64,000 nt of DNA from a virus. Below the pieces are notes generated by a model that searched no databases, was not told the origin of the DNA, and saw only the letters and a list, made by a program, of their open reading frames with translations. The position numbers and the translations under genes were made by a program. Positions within the stretch are counted from its first letter, which is position 1, and each line of letters begins with the position of its first letter. Shown here piece after piece: positions 1 through 9,150 of this stretch. The stretch covers positions 3,685 through 67,684 of the IMG/VR virus record IMGVR_UViG_2531839420_000002; one strand, 5' to 3'.

Positions 1-207
1 GCTCGGGGTCTGGAGCCGCTGATTGCTTCGGTCGAGCATCTGCTGAACCGGCACGATCAAATCGAGGCGTCGATGGCCAGCACTGAGACGATGCTCTGGA
101 GCGACGCCCGGTCGCCCGAGGGTGACGACTACAACGACCTGGCAGCCGAGGTGAATGCACTGGTTGCCCCTCTCTGCGCTCTCTACGCTAATTCGCCTGT
201 TCGCTAA
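1..207 (+). CDS. 3' end of hypothetical protein (partial)
   Basis: Frame 1 is open from base 1 to TAA at 205-207 (..LEPLIASVEHLLNRHDQ..NSPVR*). Confidence 0.5.
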   Translation, partial: ARGLEPLIASVEHLLNRHDQIEASMASTETMLWSDARSPEGDDYNDLAAEVNALVAPLCALYANSPVR

Positions 208-218
208 TAAGGTGTAAA

Positions 219-600
219 ATGACCTCCCTTCGTTGGGCTTTCTTTGCCTTGTTTGCTCAATCATCGTTGACTTTTTCGGCGATCGGGGCCGAATGCCCCA
301 ACATCCCAGTGCCGGCGACCGCTACTCAGGTCGATACGGTCTGCCACGAGCGCTACTTCAGCCTGGTCGATCGGCACTATCTGATCCCGCGCGTTGTTGG
401 ATACGACCTGACGCGGGATCAGGCGCTTGGTTGCGAACCCCGGGAGCGAAGCTTTCACGTCGAAGACCAGTTGCCGAAGAGCGAGCGGGTTTCGGCGAGC
501 GACTACGCTCGCAGCGGCTATGATATGGGGCACATGATGCCGGCCGAGGACGCCTCGTCCCTTCCCCGCACCATGCGCGACAGCTTCTCGACGCCTGCCA
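219..600 (+). pseudogene. Truncated secreted DNA/RNA non-specific endonuclease (NucA/Endonuclease_NS family), N-terminal part only
   Basis: Signal-peptide-like start and the family motif DYARSGYDMGHMMPAED. Similarity stops at RDSFS, before the NxxPQ and downstream catalytic residues. The frame stays open into the next gene. Confidence 0.65.
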
Positions 601-686
601 TAATTAGCGCTTTCGCTAATTTGCCTACCGCCCTGCCTTCTGCGGGAAGTTACACTGAACACATTGAAACGCAAGGAGATTGCCCC

Positions 687-1334
687 ATGCGACACATCTG
701 CACTGCTGAATGCGGGTTCGTCACCGACACCCGCGACGATCTGATCGAAGGCTGCTGTCCCGTCTGCGGTGAGGAAGTGATTTCCGAAACGGGTGAGGTC
801 GAGGTTCACACTGTGAACGTCGGCTACAGCGAATATAACGTCAACGTGGTGGTCGTGAAGTCGATCCCCGGCACCTCGATCAAAGAAATCTGCGATCTGG
901 CCGTGCGCCGGGCCGACGGCGATTTGTCGCAGGGGTGGGGAAAAACCGACGACATCTCGAACAGCTTCGTTGATCTGATCGCCAGAGGCGAGTTCAAGTG
1001 CGCCTACGCCGCCCCCGACGCCGACACCGTGCCGGTCCCCCTGCCCCACACCGAGTCATTCGTCATCTCCGATCCCGAAAACCGGGCCAAGCTGAAGCAT
1101 TTCGACGAGGCTCTCGATCGCTTGAATGACCTGCTGAAGGGTGACGACGGCCAGGCGTGCGATGAGGCTCGGAAGTTTCTTGAGCGGGTCCGCCTCTCCA
1201 TGGCCGGGAAGGACGAGGTCGATCCCGGCCAGGCCGAAGAAGAGCTGGCGATGTGCCCCGTGTGCGGCAGTTTCGGTCCCGAGTTCGATGGGTGCGCGAA
1301 CCACACCGTCGCAAACTGCGCCGCGTCGTCGTGA
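687..1334 (+). CDS. Hypothetical protein with N- and C-terminal CxxC zinc-ribbon motifs
   Basis: RBS GGAG before ATG 687; CTAEC..CPVCG near the start and CPVCG..C near the end; in frame with the 219 ORF. Confidence 0.6.
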   Translation: MRHICTAECGFVTDTRDDLIEGCCPVCGEEVISETGEVEVHTVNVGYSEYNVNVVVVKSIPGTSIKEICDLAVRRADGDLSQGWGKTDDISNSFVDLIARGEFKCAYAAPDADTVPVPLPHTESFVISDPENRAKLKHFDEALDRLNDLLKGDDGQACDEARKFLERVRLSMAGKDEVDPGQAEEELAMCPVCGSFGPEFDGCANHTVANCAASS

Positions 1335-1546
1335 GCGACCTCGTCCACAAGATCGTGAAGCGGCCCGAGGGGTTTCTGCTGACCATCAATGGGACAATGC
1401 CTCTCGGGCTCGCCGGCGAGCCCAACCTCTATTGGTCCAAGCTCGCTGATCTGGTCGCCGCGATCAAGAAGAAGGGGTTCGAGGTTCAGAAAGACGGAAC
1501 CTGCGTCCCCGCCCACCGCATTCAGAAGAAAGGGAAGAAGACATGA
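1331..1546 (+). CDS. Hypothetical phage protein
   Basis: GTGA overlap with upstream stop; ATGA overlap with next gene. Confidence 0.55.
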   Translation: MSDLVHKIVKRPEGFLLTINGTMPLGLAGEPNLYWSKLADLVAAIKKKGFEVQKDGTCVPAHRIQKKGKKT

Positions 1547-1788
1547 TCAAATTGCCGACCGTTGTCGTTGGTCCGGTGCGCAAACACCCGACCCAAGGTC
1601 ATGGGTTCGACATCATCAATCACGACGGGGCACGTTCGTTCCGCACCTGCGAGACGGAAGACGACGCCACCGCTGAGCGCGAGAACTTCATCCATGGGTT
1701 CCGTCACCCGGTGACGATGGCGAAGGTGTTGACGCCCATGTCGCAGTCCGAATTCAAGCGCCTGCGGGAAACCTACGAACGGGCTTAG
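1543..1788 (+). CDS. Hypothetical phage protein
   Basis: Translationally coupled ORF with normal codon usage. Confidence 0.55.
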   Translation: MIKLPTVVVGPVRKHPTQGHGFDIINHDGARSFRTCETEDDATAERENFIHGFRHPVTMAKVLTPMSQSEFKRLRETYERA

Positions 1789-2162
1789 TCGGCGCCGTTC
1801 TGTAGATACGGCAGCGGGTGCCTATAGGTGATCCTGGCACCCGCCTTTTCTTGGCTTCGTCCGACGCCATGGCGTCGCCCTCGGCTCAACCGCGGCGACG
1901 CAGGATCTCGCCTTCGAACTTGTCGGCAACGCCTTGGTTTGATTGAGGCGCATCCGCCCATTCGCTAAATCGCCCATTCGCCTATTGATCAGCCATCGCG
2001 GTCTGAAGCACGCGCGCACCCGTGCTTTAATGCGCGCGTGCGCAGTCGTCCTGCTCCTCTGCCATGCGGACTGCCGCCCGCGCAACCTGTCCGATCCCGA
2101 TATCTTCAAATCATCAAGAGCGCAACGCACAACGCAAGCGCAACAACACAGGAGATAGACCG

Positions 2163-3149
2163 ATGGCCAAGCGCGCGAACACCCAAGTCAAGACCCCCGT
2201 CTCGAAGACCACCCGCTCCCGCAAGCGCAACAAAGAGGAGGCCGTCGTGATCACCGCCGCCACTGTTGCCCCCGCCCTGCCCTCCTCCCCCGTCGGGGCC
2301 GAGATTGACCTCGACTCGCTCGACAGCCTGCTCGCCGACGAGGTTCTTTCGGCTGATACCGAAGACGACGACCTGGACCTTGAGATCGAGATCGAAGATG
2401 AGAACGACGACCTGGACCTTGCGAGCCAGATCGAAGAGCCGGCCCCGGTCGAAACCACCCCCGCCAACAACGACGCCGAACTGGAAGCGCTGATGGCCGA
2501 GATCGAGGGCGATGACGCTCCGGTCGAAGCGAGTGACGAGGATCTGGAGAAGGTCGCCGGCGAGATCGCCCTGGAAGAAACCCGCCAGGAAATCTACGCC
2601 AAGCAAGAGTCCACCGTCGAACTGAAGGACGAGCCGGCGCCCAGCGAGGAAACCAAGACCGCGAAGGCCCCCAAGGAACCCCGCGAGAAGAAGGAGCGCG
2701 CTCCTCGGTTGACCCTGGAAAGCCTGCCCGCCGACGCCTTCGTGCTGACCCTGAGCGATGCGGAAGTGGACCTCGAAGAGAACAAGGCGACGGTGATTGC
2801 CCGGAAGCCGACCGCCGTGAAGGTCGCCGAGAAGTTCGAGAACACCCTGCTGTCGATCGCCGCCGGCAAGCTCCCGAGCGTCTACACGGTCCAGACCATG
2901 AAGTTGTTGCGCAAACAGGGCGGCACCGCGACCTCGAAGCAAATCGTCGAGGACCTGATGTCCCGCTACGGCGACGGGACGGCCCGTGCCCAAGGCAGCC
3001 AGATGATGCAGCTCCTCCCGGCGCTGAAGATCGCCGAACGGTCGGGGAACTCTCTGACCCTGAACGCCGAGTCCACTCTGGCGATGGCGATCTACGGGAT
3101 CATCGACGGCGCGTCGAGTGCCCCGGCGGAAGAGCCGGAAGCTGCGTAA
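2163..3149 (+). CDS. Highly acidic protein with basic N-terminus and C-terminal winged-helix-like domain
   Basis: GGAGATAGAC leader before ATG 2163; long D/E-rich tract; followed by terminator hairpins. Confidence 0.75.
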   Translation: MAKRANTQVKTPVSKTTRSRKRNKEEAVVITAATVAPALPSSPVGAEIDLDSLDSLLADEVLSADTEDDDLDLEIEIEDENDDLDLASQIEEPAPVETTPANNDAELEALMAEIEGDDAPVEASDEDLEKVAGEIALEETRQEIYAKQESTVELKDEPAPSEETKTAKAPKEPREKKERAPRLTLESLPADAFVLTLSDAEVDLEENKATVIARKPTAVKVAEKFENTLLSIAAGKLPSVYTVQTMKLLRKQGGTATSKQIVEDLMSRYGDGTARAQGSQMMQLLPALKIAERSGNSLTLNAESTLAMAIYGIIDGASSAPAEEPEAA

Positions 3150-3155
3150 GGGTTC

Positions 3156-3210
3156 GGGAGGGGCGCAGGCCCCTCCCCTACCCCCGGCGGGCCTGATGGC
3201 CCGCCTCTTT
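3156..3210 (+). terminator. Two tandem GC-rich hairpins (rho-independent terminator)
   Basis: GGGAGGGGC-gcag-GCCCCTCCC, then GGCGGGCC-tgat-GGCCCGCC followed by TCTTT. Confidence 0.6.
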
Positions 3211-3517
3211 CGTGCTCCAGCGCCGCCATGGCGACCTGAGTGACACGCCGGGACCTTGCCACCCATCGAGAATTTCCCGTCTGGGGCTGGGGTAAATCGC
3301 CCCGATTGAACCCCGCGTGTTTCGCGTTTTCCAGCCCCGTGGGGCGTAGGTAATGGGAAGTGAGCTACCCCTGTCGCCCCCGCCCCTCTTCTGCCCCTCT
3401 ACGCGCAATTTTCGCACATTCGCGAATACGTGATTTAGCGAATGTGCCAACCGATGCGCCTTTGGGATCGAGCGAAACTCTCCCCCATCGAAACGACGCG
3501 CATTGAGGAGACAGCGC

Positions 3518-4372
3518 ATGAGCAGAAAAGCGACTTTGACCCTCGTTCATCCGACGATCCCGCACTATCTGGCCGGTGTGACGGTCGAGGTGAAAGAGAT
3601 CACCCCTGAGTTTGCCAAGGAACTGCTCGACAGGCTTCAGACCGACAAGCGCCGAAACAGAAACTTCCGACGGTCCAACGCCGAGGCGATCCAGCGGGTC
3701 ATGGAAGCCGACTTGTTCAAGTTCAACGGCGAGAGCGTGGTGATCGACCGTGACGGCTTCCCGATCCAGGGGCAGCATCGCCTGTGGGCCTGCTGGAAGT
3801 CCAACAAGCCCTTCTGGACCGTCTTCGTCAACGGTGTCGATCCCGACGCGAAGGTGACGCTCGACACCTGCGCCAAGCGCAAGAATTCCGATGTGCTCAC
3901 CTACAGCAACGAGGTCCGCGCGACCGTCCTTGCCTCGGCGATCAACTGGCTGTGGCGCTATCGCAGCGGTGCCTCCCTCAGCAACCAAGGTAGCGTCAAC
4001 GCGCAAGAAATGCTGGCCCTGCTGAACGAAAACCCCGGGCTGCGCGCTTCGGTCGAAGCCACCCAACCCCTTGCCGGCATCACCCATCACTCCGTGGCCG
4101 CCTGGTGCCACTACGAGTTCGGGCTGGTGGATGCGACGGCGCGCGACTCGTTCTTCGAGAGCCTGATTGATGGCGCTGGCCTGAGCAAGGGGAGTCCGGT
4201 GCTGGCGCTGCGCAATCGGCTTTACAGCATGAAGAGGAGCGATCTGTTCGTTCGCAATGCGCACGTCGTGGTGCTCTTCATCCACGCCTGGAACGCCATG
4301 CGCCAGGGCAAGCGCGTCAAGAGTCTTGGCAGCGGGCACAAGCTGAGCGGTGCGATCCCGGTGATCTTTTAG
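3518..4372 (+). CDS. ParB/Srx N-terminal-like domain protein (phage ParB-like)
   Basis: RNFRRSN..FKFNGESVVID..QGQHRL resembles the NR..W..NGE.I...DGQHRL signature; RBS GAGGAG. Confidence 0.65.
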   Translation: MSRKATLTLVHPTIPHYLAGVTVEVKEITPEFAKELLDRLQTDKRRNRNFRRSNAEAIQRVMEADLFKFNGESVVIDRDGFPIQGQHRLWACWKSNKPFWTVFVNGVDPDAKVTLDTCAKRKNSDVLTYSNEVRATVLASAINWLWRYRSGASLSNQGSVNAQEMLALLNENPGLRASVEATQPLAGITHHSVAAWCHYEFGLVDATARDSFFESLIDGAGLSKGSPVLALRNRLYSMKRSDLFVRNAHVVVLFIHAWNAMRQGKRVKSLGSGHKLSGAIPVIF

Positions 4373-4463
4373 GCAATTCGCTCATTCGCTAATTAGCCGC
4401 CCGACCCGCCTACGTCGGACATGGAGACTGAACCCGTGAGCAACACAACGGGAGATAGACCCC

Positions 4464-4823
4464 ATGTCCGACAAGGTGTGGAACAAGGAAGCCATTCAAG
4501 AGCTTCTTGCCCGCAACGACGAAGCTGTCAAGCGCGCACTTCTGGCGGTATTCCGCCGACAGACCGCTGAAGAACAAACGACCGAGCGCACTCGTGAGAG
4601 CAACGGGGTCGGCTTCACCGGCCCCGACGCCGAGATCCTGACGAGCTTTGCCAAACAGCTCCAAACCCGCGGCTTTCTAAGCCCCAAACAGCTCGCCATC
4701 ACCCGCAACAAGATCAAGAAATACTGGCGTCAACTCCTTGACGAGATCGAAACCAAGGCAGGCTCACAGCAACGCCCGGCAGTGGCAGCCACCCAGACCC
4801 ACGCCGCCTACAGCTCGTTCTGA
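4464..4823 (+). CDS. Conserved hypothetical phage protein
   Basis: GGAGATAGAC leader; NGVGF..D..ILTSFAKQ..LSPKQ pattern recalled from large-phage hypotheticals. Confidence 0.75.
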   Translation: MSDKVWNKEAIQELLARNDEAVKRALLAVFRRQTAEEQTTERTRESNGVGFTGPDAEILTSFAKQLQTRGFLSPKQLAITRNKIKKYWRQLLDEIETKAGSQQRPAVAATQTHAAYSSF

Positions 4824-4921
4824 TCTGACGCTGGGCGGCTGTGCGAATTAGCGAATTCGCCGACCGCCCAGCCATAGGACTCTGGGTGAGAATGAGACAT
4901 CGACAACGAGAGGAGGCTCTG

Positions 4922-5233
4922 ATGTCCAGAAAAGGAATGATCGCCAGCGTTTATCGCGACGCCGATGGAGTTGATTGCACCAATGGCGGGATCAGCTCGA
5001 AAGCTGACCGGGTGCTGATCGTGGGCGAGGGCGTGCCCGAAATCTTCGCCGAGCGCAGTGGAATGCCGACGCTTTTGCTTGTGGATCGAGGCCCCAATCT
5101 GCCGCCGGCCCTTTATCCCGCCGATGATCTGCGGCCGGGTCGCTTCATGTTCGGCGGCAATTTCGCCTACAGCAGCGACAGCCGGTGGCCGACGGGCAAG
5201 CCGATCAAGATCCACGATCGAGCCGAGGACTAA
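4922..5233 (+). CDS. Hypothetical phage protein
   Basis: RBS GAGGAGG; DCTNGGISS..FMFGGNF pattern typical of phage hypotheticals. Confidence 0.65.
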   Translation: MSRKGMIASVYRDADGVDCTNGGISSKADRVLIVGEGVPEIFAERSGMPTLLLVDRGPNLPPALYPADDLRPGRFMFGGNFAYSSDSRWPTGKPIKIHDRAED

Positions 5234-5236
5234 GTC

Positions 5237-5419
5237 ATGACCAACCGCTTCTGCGTCCACTACCGCACCGGCGGCATCGCCAACTTCCGCTGGAACACCA
5301 CCTTCGAGTCGCTCGACACCACCGCGGCCCATGACATGGCCGCGCAGATCAGGCGCATGGGCTATCCCACCAAGATCGTCCCGGTCGGGGCGCCGCTTCC
5401 CACCAGCTACGAGGGCTGA
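5237..5419 (+). CDS. Small hypothetical protein
   Basis: Tightly packed in the operon; RBS GAGG. Confidence 0.55.
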   Translation: MTNRFCVHYRTGGIANFRWNTTFESLDTTAAHDMAAQIRRMGYPTKIVPVGAPLPTSYEG

Positions 5420-5422
5420 GCC

Positions 5423-5725
5423 ATGACCAAATACGCCTGGATCATTGACGCCGCCGAGGACGAACCCAGTATCATTGGCCCCAGCGACGCGCCGGAAGAC
5501 CTTCAGGATCGTCTGGTCGATGGCAAGGGGCTTCACTTCCGCCTTTATGACGATGACGACGAGCTTTGCCTGAAGGGCCGTTTGATAAGCGTCAATGCCG
5601 ACACGATGGCTGGTAACTACAGCGAGGAAGCGTTTGGGCCGCTTGATGACTTCGGGGCGCCGGCATATGGCTGCACTCGCATCGACTATCTGCATCCCAA
5701 GACCGAGCAATGGGAAACGCTTTAG
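5423..5725 (+). CDS. Hypothetical protein
   Basis: FRLYDDDDEL..G..YGCTRIDY pattern; packed in operon and followed by a terminator. Confidence 0.65.
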   Translation: MTKYAWIIDAAEDEPSIIGPSDAPEDLQDRLVDGKGLHFRLYDDDDELCLKGRLISVNADTMAGNYSEEAFGPLDDFGAPAYGCTRIDYLHPKTEQWETL

Positions 5726-5749
5726 CGGTTTCGCGAATTAGCAAACGAA

Positions 5750-5773
5750 AAGGGCCGGGAAATCCCGGCCCTT
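5750..5773. terminator. Hairpin between convergent genes, probable bidirectional terminator
   Basis: AAGGGCCGGGA-aa-TCCCGGCCCTT. Confidence 0.6.
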
Positions 5774-5793
5774 CTGCATTTGCGCCAAAAGCG

Positions 5794-6096
5794 TCAGTCG
5801 TGGGAAGAATGGGCGGCGTTGGGCTCCCGATAACAAGGGTTCTTCACCACGACATAGCGGGTGTAGCCGCCGCTTTCCTGATCGTTAATGGTGCCATCCT
5901 GGGCCACAGAAAACACCTCGGTGACGGGCAAATTCTTGGAACCGTCGTTATAGCCGGCGGTCTGGCACTTGCTGTTGGCAAAGTCCTCAGCGAGAGCGCT
6001 CAGAGCCGTGGCGCGCTCGAAATCGCTGGCGGCGAAAGCGGAACCAGCGGTGACAGCCAGCATGGCGAGGGAAAAGGTAAAGACAAACTTCTTCAT
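5794..6096 (-). CDS. Small exported protein (moron)
   Basis: MKKFVFTFSLAMLAVTAGSAFAA is a classic signal peptide; RBS GGAG; two Cys in the mature part. Confidence 0.7.
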   Translation of the reverse strand: MKKFVFTFSLAMLAVTAGSAFAASDFERATALSALAEDFANSKCQTAGYNDGSKNLPVTEVFSVAQDGTINDQESGGYTRYVVVKNPCYREPNAAHSSHD

Positions 6097-6277
6097 GGCG
6101 CATACTCCTTGGTCGAAATTTCGCGCCCCGTCGTGGGGCATGAGTCTATTATAGCCGGGCCGATATAGAATTTTGTGAGGCCGACGCTTTTTGCCGAACT
6201 TTCGCCGAAACATGTGCCTTGTTGCGCTGGGGTAAAGTTCCCTTGTCACAACACGACATTTCTGAGGTGAATACACC

Positions 6278-6667
6278 ATGTCCAGATCAACCAGAACGAG
6301 TCTTCTTTCGACTGCGACCGCGCTACCATCCGCCTATTCGCTAATTCGCTATGTCGCAGTGACCAAGGATGCATTGCAAAAACATCTTTTTTTCGCCTTT
6401 GTTCTCATCTGTCAACTGGCAGCGACGACACCGGCGATCAGCGACGAGTTCTACGTCAAGCGGGACAGCCGAGGCCGTCGCGTCAGGACCGTCGAACAAG
6501 GCCCAACCGATGGCTATTGGATTAGGAGGGACGAGAGCGGCCGTCGCGTCGGGACAGTCGAGAGAACCCCATACGGCGACAACATCGTGCGAGATAATCG
6601 TGGTCGCCGGATTGAAACCATTGAGAGGCGTAGTGATGACACGCCACAAACTCCTGGTCGCTGGTAA
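6278..6667 (+). CDS. Small exported protein with three RD.xGRRVxTVE repeats (true start probably about 6359-6375)
   Basis: Hydrophobic FFAFVLICQLAATTPAIS followed by three near-identical beta-hairpin-like repeats. Confidence 0.6.
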   Translation: MSRSTRTSLLSTATALPSAYSLIRYVAVTKDALQKHLFFAFVLICQLAATTPAISDEFYVKRDSRGRRVRTVEQGPTDGYWIRRDESGRRVGTVERTPYGDNIVRDNRGRRIETIERRSDDTPQTPGRW

Positions 6668-6741
6668 ATAGTCGAGGTTGACCATAATTTGCTCCCGGAT
6701 CGACTACCTCCGGTCGATCCGGCCTGTGGCTAGGACTAGCC

Positions 6742-8085
6742 ATGGCTCAATCATATACGAGACGCACCGTGGCAAGTCGCCTCAATTCAACCCTCGGTAT
6801 TCATTTTGATTGGGAGAGCGGCGAGGTTCGACAGAACAGCTCCGCCGCGATGCTGTCTCGCCAACAATCCGATTTGATGGAGATCCTTTGGCGCTGTCAC
6901 CCGCGCCCGGCCCGAAAAGAGGCGATTGTCTCCCAGCTCTACGGTGCCGCCGACGAGCCAGCAACCGCTGAAGACACGGTGCGCGTCCAGGTGGCCCAGC
7001 TCAGGCGCAAACTGACCCAGGCGGCGGTGAGCGTGAACATCACGACCGTTCGGAGCGTCGGTTATCGCCTCGATTTTGCACCCGATGCGACGCCGATCCA
7101 GAAACCTCTGGGCACCCAGATCTGCACGGTCGCGGTTCTCGACGAGTTCCTGACTTCCCTCGATGCCGCAACCGACGCCATGCAAATGGGTCAAGCGCTG
7201 ACCAGGGCTGCCCAGCAGCTCGGCTTCACCTACACGGGATACCAACTTGTCGCGGTTCCGGGGATCGACCACGATGGTCCACTGCCCCTGTTCGTGTCGG
7301 ACATCCCGGCGGAATGGGCCAGGGATTACGTCAACCACGACCTGGTGAAGCACGATCCGGCGGTCAGGGCCGCCATGATGTCGTCGAACGCCTTCACATG
7401 GCACACGTCGGAAGTTGTTGATGCGATTGACGACGAGACCATCGCGTCCATGGCTAGACGTGTCATTGCCAATGGCATCCTCGGCGGCTTCACCGTCCCC
7501 ATACACGACGCCGATGGAACCAGGGCCTTGGTCAATTTTCTCGTGACCGTAGACAAGGCTGAAGCAATCAGGCTGGTCGAGAACAATGGCCCGCTGCTGC
7601 GCCTGATCGCTTCACACTTGCACTCGCATATCCTGCCGCCGATGAGGGCCGCAGCCGAGGAGAGATTGGGGCCGCAGCTCACAGAGACCGAGATCGCTTT
7701 CCTCGGCACCAAGATGGCAGAAGTCTGCGCCAACGTGTGCGACTGCGAAGGCGGCTGCGGCTTGATCAGGAAAAAACTCGGTGCCAACTCGTGCATCCAG
7801 GCGGTGGTCAAGGCGATGCGTCTCGGTCTCATCAAGATGGCTACCTTCATCGTGGCACTGATGACGCTCGTCGCCGCGGTTCTCGACGATGAGCAGCTAC
7901 TTTCGGTCGATGAAAATAAGGATTACTACCGCCATAGCGATGCTATGCACAATTCCGCATATGGCACGCAACACTCGACCCGCTCCCGAAAAAGAAAGCT
8001 CGTATGCAATGACCCTTGCGCCCCTTTTTTCGCCCCGTGGGAGTGCGGAACCCAAAGCGGGACAGTGGGGGAGGGGAGGGGATAG
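6742..8085 (+). CDS. Hybrid regulator: N-terminal OmpR/PhoB winged helix, LuxR autoinducer-binding domain, degenerate LuxR HTH
   Basis: VRVQVAQLRRKL..ITTVRSVGYRL (Trans_reg_C); EW..DY..HDP..FTW..GG (conserved AHL-pocket residues); IRKKLGA..QAVVKAMRLGLI (LuxR C-terminal tail). Confidence 0.8.
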   Translation: MAQSYTRRTVASRLNSTLGIHFDWESGEVRQNSSAAMLSRQQSDLMEILWRCHPRPARKEAIVSQLYGAADEPATAEDTVRVQVAQLRRKLTQAAVSVNITTVRSVGYRLDFAPDATPIQKPLGTQICTVAVLDEFLTSLDAATDAMQMGQALTRAAQQLGFTYTGYQLVAVPGIDHDGPLPLFVSDIPAEWARDYVNHDLVKHDPAVRAAMMSSNAFTWHTSEVVDAIDDETIASMARRVIANGILGGFTVPIHDADGTRALVNFLVTVDKAEAIRLVENNGPLLRLIASHLHSHILPPMRAAAEERLGPQLTETEIAFLGTKMAEVCANVCDCEGGCGLIRKKLGANSCIQAVVKAMRLGLIKMATFIVALMTLVAAVLDDEQLLSVDENKDYYRHSDAMHNSAYGTQHSTRSRKRKLVCNDPCAPFFAPWECGTQSGTVGEGRG

Positions 8086-8248
8086 AACCCCACCCAGCAA
8101 AGCCCCACGGGGCGAGCAGTGATCCGCCGATAGACAAGCTGCCCCTAAAGACATCACGTTCAAATGACGAGCGCGCAAAGACAAGGCGAGTGGACATCGC
8201 TTGACCGTCGCGTTATGTCAGCGCTGACTTAATAAACAAGGAGGCACT

Positions 8249-8491
8249 ATGGAAGACCATGATCAGTTTCGCGAGCGGATGCGCCAGAAGGCGAAGGACA
8301 GCGACGTCAACCCGGCCGTTGCCGACGCCATGATCGACGCCTGTGCAAAGGCGTTCAACCCGTTGCTCCCTGCCGCCATCAACGCTGCCTTAATGAGTAA
8401 CGCCATGACCGCGGTTATGCGTCAGTTCCAGACGGCCGGCGCCTACGATCTGAGCGATACCGATCAACCCGAGCAGAAGCAGGCGGCCTGA
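8249..8491 (+). CDS. Hypothetical protein
   Basis: RBS AAGGAGG; operator-like palindrome upstream. Confidence 0.6.
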   Translation: MEDHDQFRERMRQKAKDSDVNPAVADAMIDACAKAFNPLLPAAINAALMSNAMTAVMRQFQTAGAYDLSDTDQPEQKQAA

Positions 8492-8667
8492 TGGCCATCA
8501 GGGCATTGAAGCTCGACACCTTGGCGGACGTTTTGTCCGCCAAGGTGCCCTTCTGGGAGCGAGTGCAGCTTGACACCATGCCGTTGACGAGCGGCGCCGC
8601 AGCCGAGATCGTTCCAGTCAAGAGACGCCCAGGATCAGCGTTGAACCCGGATTGGAAAAGCTGGTGA
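8491..8667 (+). CDS. Small hypothetical protein (58 aa, below ORF-track cutoff)
   Basis: TGATG overlap with the previous stop; translated by hand as MAIRALKLDTLADVLS..PDWKSW*. Confidence 0.45.
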   Translation: MAIRALKLDTLADVLSAKVPFWERVQLDTMPLTSGAAAEIVPVKRRPGSALNPDWKSW

Positions 8668-8751
8668 CGATCCGCCTCTCGACGAGCCACTCGGGACTGG
8701 GTCATTCTTTCATTAGCGAATAAGCCCATTCGCTAATGAAACGGAGGTCAC

Positions 8752-9147
8752 ATGGACAAGACAGAGATCGGCCAGTTCAAGAACGAACTGGCGCAATTCA
8801 ATGGCGCTGAGCGCTTCTATCGCCACCCCATGAACCAGCAAATCCTCTTCACCGACGGGGTGAAGTTCTTCGCCGAGAGGGCCGGTGCATTCTGGCTCCT
8901 CGACATTCTGGCGACCGAGTTGAACGAAATCCGCAAGGTCGAGGAATTTATCGTCGTGCGGCTGAACGTCACCGGCTCCAAGGCCGTTCTCATCTCCGAT
9001 GATGGCAACGACAACGTGCTGCACACCAAGAACATCTCCCTGACTGACGCCCCCGAAGGCGAATGGAAGTTCTACATGGTCGTGGCTGATCGCGACGCCA
9101 ATGACCGGGTGACGATGACCACCATCATGCTGCCGTCGGAGTATTGA
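8752..9147 (+). CDS. DUF6876-like protein of plasmids and phages
   Basis: LFTDGVKFFAERAGAFWLLD..SDDGND..TTIMLPSEY pattern; RBS GGAGG. Confidence 0.7.
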   Translation: MDKTEIGQFKNELAQFNGAERFYRHPMNQQILFTDGVKFFAERAGAFWLLDILATELNEIRKVEEFIVVRLNVTGSKAVLISDDGNDNVLHTKNISLTDAPEGEWKFYMVVADRDANDRVTMTTIMLPSEY

Positions 9148-9150
9148 ACC

